Positions 49,470 to 62,848 of a stretch of 64,000 nt of DNA are shown here, piece after piece (position 1 is the stretch's first letter; the number at the start of each line of letters is the position of its first letter). The position numbers and the translations under genes were made by a program. The DNA is from Squalus acanthias (taxonomy: Eukaryota), in NCBI GenBank assembly GCA_030390025.1, contig CM059438.1, positions 62,002,001 through 62,066,000 on the forward strand, written 5' to 3'. A model generated the notes under the pieces. The model was not told the DNA's origin. It ran no database searches and saw only the letters and a program-made list of their open reading frames with translations.

Positions 49470-51640
49470 AGGGATGATGTACTTGAGGGATGGAAGACAG
49501 AATCTATTTAGTTAGAATTAAGGAACAGCAGAGGAGCTATTATGCTGCTCGGTGTATACTATAGGCCATCAAATAGTGGGACGGAGATAAAGGAGCAAAT
49601 TTGCAGACAAATTGCAGAAAGATGCAAGAACTTTCGAGTAGTGATAATGGGAGACTTCAATTATCCTAATATAGACTGGGAAAATCACAGTGTAAAGAGC
49701 AAAGAAGGGGAGGAATTCTTGAAATGTGTGCAAGAGAACTTTCTTGATCAGCATGTTTCCAGCCCAACGAGGAAGGAAGCAGTGCTGTATCTGGTTCTGG
49801 GGAATGAAGTGGGGCAAGTGGAGCATGGTTCAGTGGGAGAGCATTTGGGAAATGGCGATCACCGTATCATTTGGTTTAGAGTAGTTATGGAAAAGGGCAA
49901 GGAAAAATCAAATGTGAAAATACTCAACTGGAGGAGGACTAATTTCAGTGAGTTGAAAAGGGATCTGCCGCAGTTGGATTAGAATCAAAGATTGTCAGGT
50001 AAAGCAGTAAATGAGCAAATGGGAGGCCTTCAAAGAGGAGATAGTTTGGCTACAGACTAGACACATTCCCATGAGGGGGAAAGGAAGGTCATCCAAAGCT
50101 AGAGCTCCCTGGATGACTGAAGATCTAGAGATTAATATGAAACAGAAAATGGAGGCTTATGATAAATATCAGGTTCATAATTCAGTAGAGAACCAAGCTG
50201 AATACAAAAAGTCCAAGGGAGATCTAAAAAAGGGAATAAGAGGGACAAAGAGAGAGTGTATGAGAATAAATAAGCAGGTAAGATGAAAAGGAACCCAAAA
50301 GTCTTTTATAAACATGTAAATAGTAAAAGGCTAGTCAAAGGAAGGGTGGGGCCGATTAGGGACTGAAAAGGAGATCATCTTGTGGAGGCAGAGCATGGCT
50401 GAGGTAGTAAGTGAGTACTTTGCAGCTGCCTTCACTAAAGAAGAGGATGCTGCTAATGTCATAGTAAAGGTGGAGATAGTAGAGAAATTGGATAGGATAA
50501 AAATAAAGAGGAGTTACTTAAAAGGTTGTTAGCTCTCAAAGTAGAAAAAAGTCACCCGGTCCAGATGGGATGCATCCTAGGTTGCTGAGGGAAGTAAGGG
50601 TGGAAATTGCAGAGGCTCTGGCCACAATCTTCCAATCCTCATTAGATATGGGACTGGTGCCAGAGGACTGGAAGATTGCAAGTGTTACATCCCTGTTCAA
50701 AAAAGCCGAGAGGGATAAACCCGGCAACTACAGGCCAGTCAGCCTAATGTCGGTGGTGGGAAAACTTTGAGACAGTAATCCGAGACAACGTTAATTGGCA
50801 CGTGGAAAAATATGGGTTAATAAATGAAAGCCAGCATGGATTTGTTAAAGACAAATCGTGTTTGACTAACTTGATTGAGTTCTTTGATGAAGTTAAGAGA
50901 GGGTTGATGAGGGTAGTGCGGTTGATGTTGTGTATATGGACTTTCAAAAGGTGTTTGGTAAAGTACCACATAATAGACTTGTTGGTAAAATTGAAGCCCA
51001 TAGGATTAAAGGGGCAGTGGCAGTGTGGATACAAAATTGGCTAAGGGGGACAGAAAGCAGAGTAGTGGTGAATTATTGTTTTTCAGACTGGAGGGAAGTG
51101 TACAGTGGTGTTCCCCAGGGGTCGGTGTTGGGACCACTGCTCTTTTTGATTTATATTAATGGCCTGGACGCGGGTATACAGGGCATAATTAAGTTTGCAG
51201 GTGACGCAAAACTCGGAAATGTAGTAACGGTGAGGAGGACATAGACAGACTGGTGAAATGGGCGGACACGTGGCAGATAAAATTTAATGCAGAGAAGTGT
51301 GAAGTGATTCATTTTGGTAGGAAGAATGAGGAGAGGCAATATAAACTAAATGATACAATTTTAAAGGTAATTGGCAAAAGAACCAGAGGCGACAAGAGGG
51401 GGAAAAAAAAATCTTGCAGCGAGTTATGATGATCTGGAATGCACTGCCTGAAAGGGTGATGCAAGCAGATTCAATAATAACTTGCCAAAGGGAATTGGAT
51501 AAATACTTGAAAAGGAAAAAAAATACAGGGCTGTGGAGAAAGAGCAGGGGAGTGGGACTAATTGGATAGCTTTTTCAAAGAACTGGCACAGCCATGATGG
51601 GCAGAATGATCTCTGTGCTGTATCATTCTATGACTCTATA
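49470..51640 (+). mobile_element. Degraded CR1 ORF2 (endonuclease C-terminus and RT) with internal deletion and 3' tail
   Basis: GVYYRP, MGDFNYP, GDH, NYRPVSL and [10 protein letters not shown] motifs with several frameshifts. Jumps to the 3' region at ~51365. Confidence 0.93.
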
Positions 51641-52144
51641 AAAGGCAAATGGCTTTGTAAATAAACTGGGACGCCACATCTCGCTCATGACCACTGAATG
51701 TTGTTTCAGCCAATGGAGTTGGCAGTGAAATTACCATTAACCGTTGAGTAAAATTTTTTACATACACTGGGAATAATCTTATGCCTTGCCATTAGCAAAA
51801 TCTCCGCAGTGTTGTCACTGAGTTTATTAAGCAAATGTAAAGTACACTTTAATGTTGTGCCAGTACGTTTCTCGTGTGCTGTAAATTCTACACTCTGCGT
51901 TGCTTCCACCATCAGTGACAGACCAGTAACCATCAGTATTTCACTTGAGTTTTTATGTAGCCCAAAACTCGTTCTCCAGGCACAACTCCAGTTTGGAAGG
52001 ATAAAATGTGTAATTGTATCCCTGGGCACTTTTCACAGTTCAAGTGGACGTAATTCCACACCTTACCACTGTGCGCTCATGAAATCCTACTAAAACTGAT
52101 GTGGCATTGAGGATAACAGTGCTGTCTCTCTCTTTTTTCCTCAG

Positions 52145-52225
52145 ATAATCATGGTGCGCTTGCAGAGAGTGACCTTCCTGGCTTTACACAACTATCTGGG
52201 CCTGACCAAGGAGCTGTTCAATTCG
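52145..52225 (+). CDS. PNPLA7: PNPLA7 exon ([27 protein letters not shown])
   Basis: Polypyrimidine-CAG acceptor, GTATGT donor, 81 nt, phase 0/0. Highly conserved NTE motif. Confidence 0.98.
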
Positions 52226-53066
52226 GTATGTGGTTAAAAACAGGAAGAATAAATGACCCTTGCCCACCCGGCTTTAAAATGCAAATGAATTATTACGGTA
52301 TTTCATTAATACACCCCCTTGGGGTACAGGCGTCTCATGCAGCTGGCATGAGTTATCTTTACTGCCGTATTAAAAGTTAGAGATCCAGTAATGTATTGTT
52401 GCCTCGTGAGTCACATCACAGCTGGAGAAGGGTGCCACATGCTGGGACAGCTATTATCACCGAATGTTGATTCAGAGTTGGGATTAGTGAAAATGAGCCA
52501 GAGTCTCATTTTTTTAATTTCATTTCATCAGACATTCTCGTCACATCTAAGGCAACAGGATGGGTTTCCAGTAACTTAAAGTCCTTGGAGGTAAATTGTT
52601 TAATTTGGAACTGAAGGGACTTGGTGTGCTTGTGTGTCACTCTGTTACCCAAGCCAAACGAGCATTGGTGGGGATTATTGGTCATAGGAATTGCTGGACA
52701 AAAAAAAGACCAAGGTTCATGTAGTTCGCCTTCTACCATCCTGGTAATCGCATGATACAATAATGGAGTAATTGACTAATCATAGCAATCAAATTCTATC
52801 AATTAGTCTGCAACACCCAGACAGAACATGAGGAAAACCCCAGTGGTGGAGAGCTTTGGGAAGCATAGGTCTAAAGTCATCTGTTCCTCCCAAGCACGCC
52901 ATGTCATGTTTTAAATAACTCATATACTGCATCCAAAATGTTTTTTTCTGAAATCTAATTCGCATTTGAATGAAGCAATACTAAATGCTTCCACCGTCTC
53001 CCTAGGGAGTCTGTTCCATAAATTGACCACTCACTCACTGGAATAATATTGCCACAGATTACTAAT

Positions 53067-53816
53067 GGGACAGCATTTACTGTAGCCGGCGAGCGAATGG
53101 CACCCGCCATTAGTTTGACTTGTCCTTGCCCGTTTCATTTCCATGAGCTTTTGCATGGCAAGTTGCTGTTAGTGGGAGAGTGAAACAGGGCATCTGGGAC
53201 CTGTGTGCACCAGGCAAGCAACTGTGTATCTCCTTAACCAATCAGATTGAAGAATCGTTCAGCGCAGAGTCCGAACCAGGTAGTGTAAATTAGAATAGTG
53301 AATTCAATGTCAAATCAGGTACAGAAAGCGAAATAGAGGGGGAAGGAAAGAAAGATGGGATTGAGAGAGAGAGAAAAGAGACAAAGAAAAAAAAATGTAA
53401 TTCAAGGTTTTTAATTTTAATTCTCCAACAACAATAAAGCTGAAGTAATGAGACTCCACACTTGTAATAATTAATTTTCAGTGCCAGAGAGTTTCGGCAG
53501 TAATTAAGACTTGTCACGCTGTTAAAAAGGATACTTGGACTGAAATGGACAAGCCTTAACTTTCTTTGGTGAGTTTAGTCCGTATCTATGACGTCAGTGC
53601 AGGAACTTCACGCCGCTCAATACGTCTGAATGGGGAGCCAGATGGCGAGGCGCTGTTTTTGAACAGCTTATGGAGGAGCGCCGCATCTCGGACTGCAACT
53701 TTTGTATTTTCACGTTTAACTGTCCATCTGCGCTCGCCTGAAGTTGCTGACCGATTTGCGCATAAATAACTGAGCGCTGTTAGCCTCACCGTTATTTTTA
53801 CAGTAAATTCTGGCCC
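53067..53816. mobile_element. Non-autonomous TIR element, 750 bp
   Basis: TIR GGGACAGCATTTACTGTA / TACAGTAAATTCTGGCCC (16/18 match). Confidence 0.75.
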
Positions 53817-53919
53817 ATTGAATTCAAGCGCAGGCCATGTCCTCTGCTACTGTTCTGGACAAGGTGCAATAGCTTGTCATGGCCTACGTTATCTAGTCCC
53901 TTTTTAAGAATTCTAAAAA

Positions 53920-54115
53920 CAGCAGTCATATCAGTTCGCAACCTTCTCTTTTTCCATTGAGAACATGCTCAATTTACATAATTGCTCCTCAATCCAAGCA
54001 ATCCCCTCAATTATTCTGGTTGCTCTCTTCTGTATTTTTTCAGTAGCTGCAATATCCTTTCTGTACTGTGGCGAACAGAACTGTGCACAGTATTCTAAGT
54101 GCAGTCGCACCAATT
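53920..54115 (-). mobile_element. CR1 fragment
   Basis: VRLHLEYCAQFCSPQYRKDI peptide. Confidence 0.8.
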
Positions 54116-54304
54116 CATAATGTCCTGTCAGCTTCTGAGCAAGGTCACTGATTTACAGTGTTCAGAAAAATAGATGGGATTGATGAATTTGATCCCCAAA
54201 ACAGCAGCAAAAGTCACAGAATTCGACGCAATAAAAACTGATTTTGAACTGTTCAGCCACTGTAAATTAGTGCCCTTGCTTATGAGGGCAACTGCCTTAT
54301 TGCG

Positions 54305-54450
54305 AACAAAAAGCAAAATACTGCAGATGCTGGAAATCTGGCCCAAAAACACAAAACGCTGGAGACTCTCGGCAGGTCAGGCAGCTTCTGTCGAGAAAAC
54401 ATGAGTCCGTTGACATTTCACACACGAACCCTTCCTCAGAACTGAACGAT
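54305..54450. mobile_element. Single arm of the Penelope-like terminal repeat
   Basis: AAAAGCAAAATACTGCAGATGCTGGAAATCTG...CAGGTCAGGCAGC...CCCTTCCTCAGAACTG. Confidence 0.65.
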
Positions 54451-55660
54451 GTTGCAGGTGAACAACATTTTAGAAGGAGCCGAGCATGGGAACGGAGCAA
54501 GAGGGGAAACACAAAAAGCAGCAAAACACACACAGGAAAATACATAGAATGAGCTCTGGTGGAGAGGAGGGAATGGCCAAATGGCAGAAGTGATGTGTGC
54601 AGGAGGAATAATGAGAGAAATCAAAGAAATGAAAGATATATACAAGACACTGATAGTGTGAGAAGAGCTATAGGGGGATAGGCAGGTGGAATGGGGAGCA
54701 CGAAGATACGGTAAAGTGAAGCGGGCTCCTGCGCCTCAGGAGTCTGATGGAAGGAAAAAAGTAGGTCGACACCAAGGGTGCAGACCACTCCGCAGCTCAG
54801 TGTTTCGACAGACCCAGGGGATGTTCAGGGTCTGCCTTGGAATGAGGGCAGCTCGTTGATTGAAGCAGCATTTCCCAAAATTTAGTGACGGACCCCAGAA
54901 AGTAATTTGAAGTAACATACTCCTACCCCTCCCCCCCCCCCAAACCCCAGATAAAACGGTTTGATGCTGAGTGGTCAGTCTTTTAAAAAAAAAAGTCTAT
55001 AAGTCCAGCTTCCCACTGATCCCATATCTAGTGTCTGGATACATTACTAACAGTCGCACCAACTAAATCCCGTGCCTGGATCAGCGCATTGTGTTTAATA
55101 CAGTTCATGAAGGTGGAAGGAACAGAAGGAATAAATGTGTTTAATGAGATGGAAACCATTATGCATGATTCATGGTTCAGAAGAATCTGGGGGCAAAGTA
55201 CTTCATGCAGATAAATCACATCAACCAGAAGTAGAAATTCATTAATTCTGAAACTGCTTGAAATGTTAATTTTTCCATTTAATTTTCACTTCCTTAATAT
55301 AACTGATCTGATTAACACTTCGCAGTGATGATGCAGCACTGGCAGCTGCTGCCCATCAGAATTGAGCAGGGCTCAAACCTTCTCGACTCTGTAATTCTCA
55401 GAAAGGCACAGCACTAAAGCAACATGCGTGCCCGACATATGTCTTGTATATGTTTCGTCTCCAGCTTTCCCTCACAAGCACCTATTATTGAATAACAGCG
55501 AGGGTTTTAGTGAGGGAAATTTGGGGGGAGGCCTCGGCCTCACTCCTGACCTCAATGGGCGAAGCGAATGTGTAAAGGGGATCCAAACGAGATTTAAAAA
55601 AAGAATTTGGCCAGCTCACCAGATGCCCACTACTAAGCTGTTTGGTCCCAGCCTTGAGAT

Positions 55661-55932
55661 TAGGCTTGCCAACCCTCCAGGATTGCCCTGGAGTCTCCAG
55701 GACTGAAAGTTTAATCTCCTGGACACTGATGTGAGCAAACCCAGGAGAAAAATCATAAAGGCTTTAAAATAAATGGTTTTTCTTTCATTTTTCTTTCAAA
55801 GCTTTCATTTAATAGTTATAAAATTATTGGAGATGAGGGGGAAAATGGGTTTGACTGGGCGGGGCGATAGGAGACGGTAGGTTATGTGATGAAACCTCCA
55901 GGAATATGTCCAATGCAGAGTTGGTAACCCTA
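55661..55932. mobile_element. hAT-like non-autonomous element, 272 bp
   Basis: TIR TAGGCTTGCCAAC / GTTGGTAACCCTA and 8-bp TSD CTTGAGAT/CTTGAGGT. Confidence 0.82.
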
Positions 55933-57008
55933 CTTGAGGTGCACTCTTCGTTTGCGAAACACTGGATTACAGTAGTATGCCGAATGTCAGCATTTCAATC
56001 CATGTGTCAGGATTTCACAAGAAGGCACAGCCCTTTTCCACAGGTGTTGGAGCTCGTCAGTATCAACTATTCAGGTTAGCTGGATTGCAAGAATGAAGGC
56101 TGTTTAAAACCACTCGGATTATTTGGTGAGCTGGACTGGAGCCTGTTGGAACCAATGGCGGGTGGGACTGGAACCAATCAGACGCTTCCTTCTACTGTTG
56201 GTCTTTGCGTGAATTTGAGGCAGAAAAAATTTAAGTGGTTTCTGAGAGTCACAGATACACGTTTATTTATTGTTTGTCCCCACAGAAGTTCTGTGTAACA
56301 AGTAAGCTGCTAATGTACAGCTTTTAAACACTTTCCAATTTCAGAGAAACTTGACAGGGCAAGGGTAAAGGCAACGAGCTTCAGCACCAACCTCAGAAGA
56401 GTGTCCACTACTGCACCAGCGTGGCAATTCCATTTCTTACATCCGCCATCTTTGTGAACTCCTAAATTAAGACCGATTAATGTTGAATTATGAATTGTTA
56501 ACGTTATTGGTCCATTGGGAACTGCATTGATGCTGCCCAAACTCATTTTGTTAGTAACTTCACAGTCAGCAGAGAGAGGAGACGATCATTCCGTCGGTCT
56601 GGCATAGATTCTATCTCGAGGTTTAGAGGTGAAAGGTCATCATCCACTCCATTAAGTCGCCCAACTACAGTAAAAGCTAAGAATATGACACCGCCAATCT
56701 TTGGAAAAATATTGGATAAAGATTTCTATATGATGAAGTTTCCTGAAATTCCTGATGAGGAAATATCCTAATTTCCCTCATTCTATTCACTTACCAGCTA
56801 ATAGAGTAAGCTTCTAAAATTAGGCCTCAGATATTGGTTTCCAGGAGCGCTCAACCTACACATTCTGGAAACTGAGGATCAAGGTTTGATGTCTTATGCT
56901 CTACTGCCTTGCAGACCTTTCATAGTATGTGTATAGAGGAATATCTCCAGTGTGAATCTGTGGATGGTGCATTAAATGTGTTTCCGGTAAATATTTCATT
57001 TGTTACAG

Positions 57009-57165
57009 GCGAGCCAGGCTATCCCCTTAGTGTCCCTGTCCAGCATCTCCGTGTCCAGTCCCAGCAAAGTGGTCAAGCGGCAGCACGCCATCTCAGGGGT
57101 GGACGAAGATCATTTTGAGAAAGCGAGCAGAGGTGGTGATGTTCTAGCGCACAGTTTGGAAATAG
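57009..57165 (+). CDS. PNPLA7: PNPLA7 exon (ASQAIPLVSLSS...HSLEI); donor at 57165 or 57132
   Basis: TTACAG acceptor. SQAIPLVS matches PNPLA7. Both candidate donors are phase 1. Confidence 0.88.
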
Positions 57166-60104
57166 GTACAAAACTTACCTTTTTAATTTAAGCGATGAGG
57201 TTCAACCTGCTTTGTGAGCAATGACTGTTGTTCTGTCGGTATGAAATAGTCTTGCATGCACTAAGATCCCATAATAACGGGAATGGAAAAAAATCTACCT
57301 ATGTTCGCCTTCAGAGGGGTTACTGCAGGGCGTGTTCCTTTTAATCGTCCCCATTAAGCACACCAGCCGTTTGGGCAGAGGCTTGCGACAGATCTTGGGA
57401 ACAGATTATAAGTAACTTTGTGACTGCTCGTGTTGCAATGAGACACTTGCAGAAGCACTGACCTGAGCACCGAGGTCCTGTTTGGGATCACGGAACATCC
57501 ACTTCGCAGATGCCAGTGCCCAGTATAATAGTTAGAAAATAGCAGAAGTATTTCTGTTTCCCAGACTCTTCCCACACGTAAAGCAAGTGCATGGCCGAGC
57601 ATGACAGCCAAACACCACTGCAGTTGTGTTGCTTAGTGAGTTGTGCGTTCAGGTCTTCACATCAGATTTAAGTTTGGAGATGGTTGTGATCCAGTTGATT
57701 AAATCTAAATTCAGCAAAGGTGACTTATACACTGGTGTACCTGGGGGCTGTACTGAGATGTAAATCGTAAAGTGGGGGATGATTTACACTTTGGGTTTCT
57801 GCAATAGCTAGCAAGTGTTTCAAACATAATTATATCACAAGTGGCGTGTGGAATATAGGGAGAAGTGGACTTTAAAAAAAAAAGAAATGGGAAAATTAAA
57901 GATAGTCACGATTCCCACAGGAGAGGCTTGGGGTGAGACTGTTATTGGTCCTTTGTGTCCCGTTATTTTCTTAAAATCTTTTAAAAGAAACTGAAAGATC
58001 AATTTGCATTTCCTGAGAGAGTTAATATATAGTTTGGAGGGAGGCAATGTCCAGTGGCTCAGCACCTGCTGCTGTTGGAGATAATGAGTAACCGGGCACA
58101 TGATCATCATGGTTTCATAGCAAAACAATCCCTAAAGAACACACAATTAATCGCCCACTGTCACCTGTTCAGATCAAATCCTGAACCTCTCTCAATCCCT
58201 TTTGAATTTATTTACAGCAACTTTGTAAAATTTACGAATACCCCAAAGTTTGCAATAGCTGTACATAAATGAAGGGTCTCTGGCGCAATGGGAGCTCTGG
58301 AGAGTTAACAACCCATTGGGGCATCCAGTGACAGGAGGAGGAGAAAACAGTGGCAGCTGGGGTTAGAGGTCTGGTTTCCTCAGTACTCTGTTCTATTGTT
58401 GTACCTGTACGAGGTTTATTGCTTATTGAGTTTTTTGTTTAACATTAAAGAACTACTTATTTATTGCATTGTCCTGACCAGCGAGTGTTGGTCAGGAATG
58501 TTTCTTCCGCCCCCCCGCCCCCCCCCCAAGCTTATCCGGTGGCTGCCCTTGATGTTTGCAAGGTTCTGAGATGCAATCGGGCAGTCCTATTCTGCCCCCA
58601 GTTACCTTTCAACACTGAAACTAGAGCTTCTCTCACTACCGCTGCAGGTGTGTACCCCTCCTTGAGTCAGTGCATGTTCTGCTGGAGTGGGGTGGGGGGG
58701 GGGGGGAAACACTAGTCAGAGTACAGTTCGAGCTCAAGAATAGAAGAAAATTTGGAACGAGCAAAGGCCATTTAGCTTATTAAACCCACTCGTTCCACAG
58801 TCTGTGCATGACTACCTCAATCATGGACTTTATCCCCTCCCCCTTCTCCCACCCAAGATCTGTATACACCCCACACGAGGAGATTATCAAAACAGAACTT
58901 TCTCAAAGTTTCTACTTTCAAACTGCAGCAAATGTGGATCAGAGTCCCGGCAGTTGCACATTTCTCTCACTCTGCTCTTGGAATAATGTGTGGCCACTGT
59001 TGGCACATATAACACGCTGACGTTTTGAGATTGATTGCTGCATCAGGATTTACTGGGCGATGTCTGCGGTGATTGACACACGGTGAAATGCAGCCAGACG
59101 TGCCTGCAGGGGGAACCCGGTCTCGGTGTTTTTTCATTTGCCCACACCTCGCACTTCTTTCAGCAATTTTAGGCCAAGAGGAGTGAGATGTTTTTCATTG
59201 TCGCTCCTTTCTGTAGCTCTGCGGCAGGAGCTCTGTTTTCTTTGTAGGATCTTTAATCCATATCTTGCAGTTAGAATCAATACCACCGTCCACTTAAAAC
59301 TATATTTAGAGCGAATGACTTGCTCTCAAACACTTTTTAAAATAAATCAAACTACTGCCAAGAATTATGATTGATTGTCCTTTTTGTTTTGTTCTGTATC
59401 AGCCAATTTTTTAATAAAATGAACCCCCTCTCTCCTCCCTCTCCCCCCACCCCCCCCCCCCCCCCCCCTTTCCTCACACCGCCGACTGTTGCTGGCTTGT
59501 GATCCCACAGCTGATCTTGTTCAGGTTAGCAATCTTCATGCCTGAGCTCGACGGTGAATGTTGTCGAGCTATTCAACCGGAGAGGCCATCACACCTGATC
59601 TTGTCTTCCCCGGATGTCCGCACGTGCCCACATTACTGCAGGAGTCAGTGGGGTAGCAGCCTGGAGTAGGAAGCCAGTTCCCCAATGCCTGCTTTCCCCC
59701 CCCCACCCCCAGCTCGGGGATGCTGAGGTCAACTGTAGTGAGCTGACTCAATGCAGACAGGGAATTGAGCCTGGAGCCTTTTGGATGAAGGTGACCCTGA
59801 ATGGTGCCTTTACCTCTCGGGCCTGCTTCCCCATCTGCCCTTTAATATTTTCACTGAGTGGCTGCTGGAGTAAGAGAAATTCGCAATCGGAAATACCCAT
59901 TCGACCCATCGAGCTTGTTGCCCCCAATAATCGCATACAATTTCCCGCATCATCGACCATAATCTGACTCTCACAATCTTCTGCGAGAAACTTGTACAAC
60001 ATTTCTACATCACCCACAAAACTAATGGAGTGAAACCCCAGAGTGTTCAGTAATGTTACAGCCCCCAATACTCGACCCTGCACAGTCACTTTGCTTTCCA
60101 CTGA

Positions 60105-61945
60105 TGACAGTTTAAGGGGAGATTTAATAGAGGTGTTCAAAATGATGAGGGATTTTGATAGAATAGATGGGGAGAAACTGTTTCCACTGGCAGGAAGGTC
60201 GATAACCCGAGAAAACATATTTAAGATAATTAGCAAAAGAATCAGGTGGGAGATGAGAATTTATTTTACGCAGCGAGTTGTTATGATCTGGGTTGTATTG
60301 TCTGAAAGGGTAGTGGAAGCAGATTCAATAGTAACTTTCAAAAGAGAATTGGATAAATACATGAACATAAGAACATAAGAAATAGGAGCAGGAGTAGGCC
60401 AATTGGCCCCTCGAGCCTGCTCCGCCATTCAATAAGATCATGGCTGATCTGATCCTAACCGCCAATCTACTATCACAGAACCATCTGCTGAACCTAACAG
60501 AATTGGACACACGAAATAGGAGCAGGATCAGGCTACACGGCCCCTGGGCCCGCTGCGCTACCCACAGGGCCATGACCAATCCGAACCTAGACTCATGTCC
60601 AAATTCCTGCCCGCTCCCCGTAACCCTTAATTCCCTTTACTTCTAGGAAACTGTCTATTTCTGTTTTAAATTTATGTAATGATGTAGCTTCTACAGCTTT
60701 TTGGGGCAGCATATTCCATGGACCTACCACCCTCTGAGTGAAGTAGTTCCTTCTCATCTCAGTTTTGAAAGAGCAGCCCCTTATTCTAAGACTATGCCCC
60801 CTAGTTCTAGTTTCACCCATCATCGGGAACATCCTCCCCGCATCCACCCGATCCAACCCCTTCACAATCTTATATGTTTCAATAAGATCACCTCTCATTC
60901 TTCTGAAGTCCAATGAGTAGAGTCCCAATCTACCCAACCTCTCCTCATATGTCTATCCCCTCATCTCCGGGATTAACCGAGTGAACCTTCTTTGTACTGA
61001 CTCGAGAGCAAGTATGTCGTTTCTTAAGTATGGACACCAAAACTGTATGCAGTATTCCAGGTGCGGTCTCACCAATACCTTGTACAACTGAAGCAATACC
61101 TCCCTATTTTTATATTCTATCCCCCTAGCAATGAAAGCCAACATTCCATTGGCCTTCTTAATCACTTGCTGCACCTGCATACTAACCTTTTGAGTTTTGT
61201 GCACCAGGACCCCCAGATCCCTTTGTACTTCAGTACTTTCCAGTTTCTTGCCATTAAGATAATAACTTGCTCTACTATTTTTCCTACCAAAGTGCATAAC
61301 CTCACACTTTCCAGCATTGTATTCCATCTGCCAAATCTCTTACTTAGCCTGTCTATGTCCCCTTGCAGATTTTTTATGTCCTCCTCACTCACTACTTTCC
61401 CTCCCATCTTAGTATCATCTGCAAACTTTGATATGTTACACTCGGTCCCCTCCTCCAAATCGTTAATATAGATTGTAAAGAGTTGGGGACCCAGCACTGA
61501 CCCCTGTGGAACACCACTAGTTACTGATTGCCAGTCTGAGAATGAACCATTTATCCCAATTCTCTGCCTTCTGTTAGATAGCCAATCCTCTATCCATGCC
61601 AGAATATTACCCCCAATCCCGTGATTTTTTATCTTAAGCAATAATCTTTTGTGTGGCACCTTGTCAAATGCCTTTTGGAAGTCTAAATACACCACATCCA
61701 CTGGTTCCCCTTTATCCACCCTGTATGTTACTTCCTCAAAGAACTCCAGCAAATTTGTCAAACATGACTTCCCCTTCATAAAACCATGCTGACTTTGTCC
61801 TATTAAATTATGATTATCCAAATGTCCCGTTACTATGAAAAGGAAAGGTTTGCAGGGCTATGGGGAAAGAGCAGGGGAGCGGGACGAATTGGAGAGCTCT
61901 TTCAAAGAGCCGGCACGATGGCCTCCTTCTGCGCTGTAAGATTCT
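60105..61945 (+). mobile_element. CR1 3' fragment (60105-60365 plus 61832-61945) split by an antisense CR1
   Basis: LRGDLIEVFK...FKRELDKYM continues after the insertion as AAGGAAAGGTTTGCAGGGCTATGGGG. Confidence 0.85.
60366..61830 (-). mobile_element. 5'-truncated CR1 LINE, antisense, two frameshifts
   Basis: Minus ORFs 61162-61821, 60953-61327 and 60593-60937 carry RT motifs. AACATAAG terminal repeats, and ATGAA on both flanks. Confidence 0.96.
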
Positions 61946-61947
61946 TC

Positions 61948-62457
61948 GGGGGAAAAATTCAGTATCGCCCCATTTGGGGCGCAATTATCGGCCGGGCGCA
62001 AAGATTAGCGCCTGGCGCTAATTATCGCCTCCGACTGCAAACTTGGCTTTTATCGCCCCTGGAGGTGATTGGAGCGCTAAATCAGGCGCTACACATCTGT
62101 CTTAAGGCACAAAGTCCGAGGAGCGAGGCGCTACCTCAGCGCTGGCGAAGCTCATGTGATGTCAGTCAGCAATAGAACAGAGACACAATGGCGCCGGCCA
62201 GTTCTTAAAGGGGAGGGTTGATCTTGTTCTCTATCCACATCCTGCTCATTACAGCCTTGAATCTCGGCCTGGAGAGACCTGTACATCAAATCTGCTGGAA
62301 AGAACAATGGAGAGAACCAGGGAAAGAGCTCAGAGTGCAGCCCCCACAGTCTCTTCTAAATAGATGCAAGGAAGGACAAATCAAAATGAACCTGCAAAGT
62401 GCTGCTCAGTACCCAAAACTCCTTCACACAGCGTTGAATCTCTCCAGAAGTCAGTCT

Positions 62458-62489
<32 letters not shown>

Positions 62490-62848
62490 CGAATGCGTGG
62501 TGCAAAAATGTCACCAACAAAAAAAGGCAGGAAGCGTTCGCCTTTAAATAGCGCTCCCCCAGTCCCTTCCTGACTGCAAAACGCTCTCCTCAACCTGTCG
62601 TTGCTAGTGGCAGGCGGTAAGGCAGGGGGCGCCACTCAATATCCGCTCCGGGGCGCTACTGGGGCGTTGCGCACTCGACTGATGTCACGATCTGCCGGCG
62701 CAGGAGATCGTGGCGGTAGTGTTTAGCGCCGCCGCAAAATGTCTCGTTAATTTCACGAGCGGCGCAAACATCGCCGCGCCCGGGCGCTAGTTGCTTTGCG
62801 CCCTCTTAAGACGTTAACGGGAGGCGCAAGCAACTGAATTTTTCCCCC
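61948..62848. mobile_element. Non-autonomous TIR element, 901 bp, CpG-rich ends
   Basis: Perfect 16-bp TIR GGGGGAAAAATTCAGT / ACTGAATTTTTCCCCC and an internal (CT)n. Confidence 0.85.

Noticed and set aside
16409..57165. Assignment to PNPLA6
   Set aside because: Diagnostic segments ([33 protein letters not shown]) fit PNPLA7. A lineage-specific PNPLA7 paralogue is not excluded.
59425..59468. Long C/G runs (also 40278-40307, 38419-38443) as functional G-quadruplexes
   Set aside because: Simple homopolymers that are error-prone in assemblies, with no other support.
61948..62848. CpG island / internal promoter
   Set aside because: The CpG-rich sequence is bounded exactly by TIRs and is better explained as a transposon.
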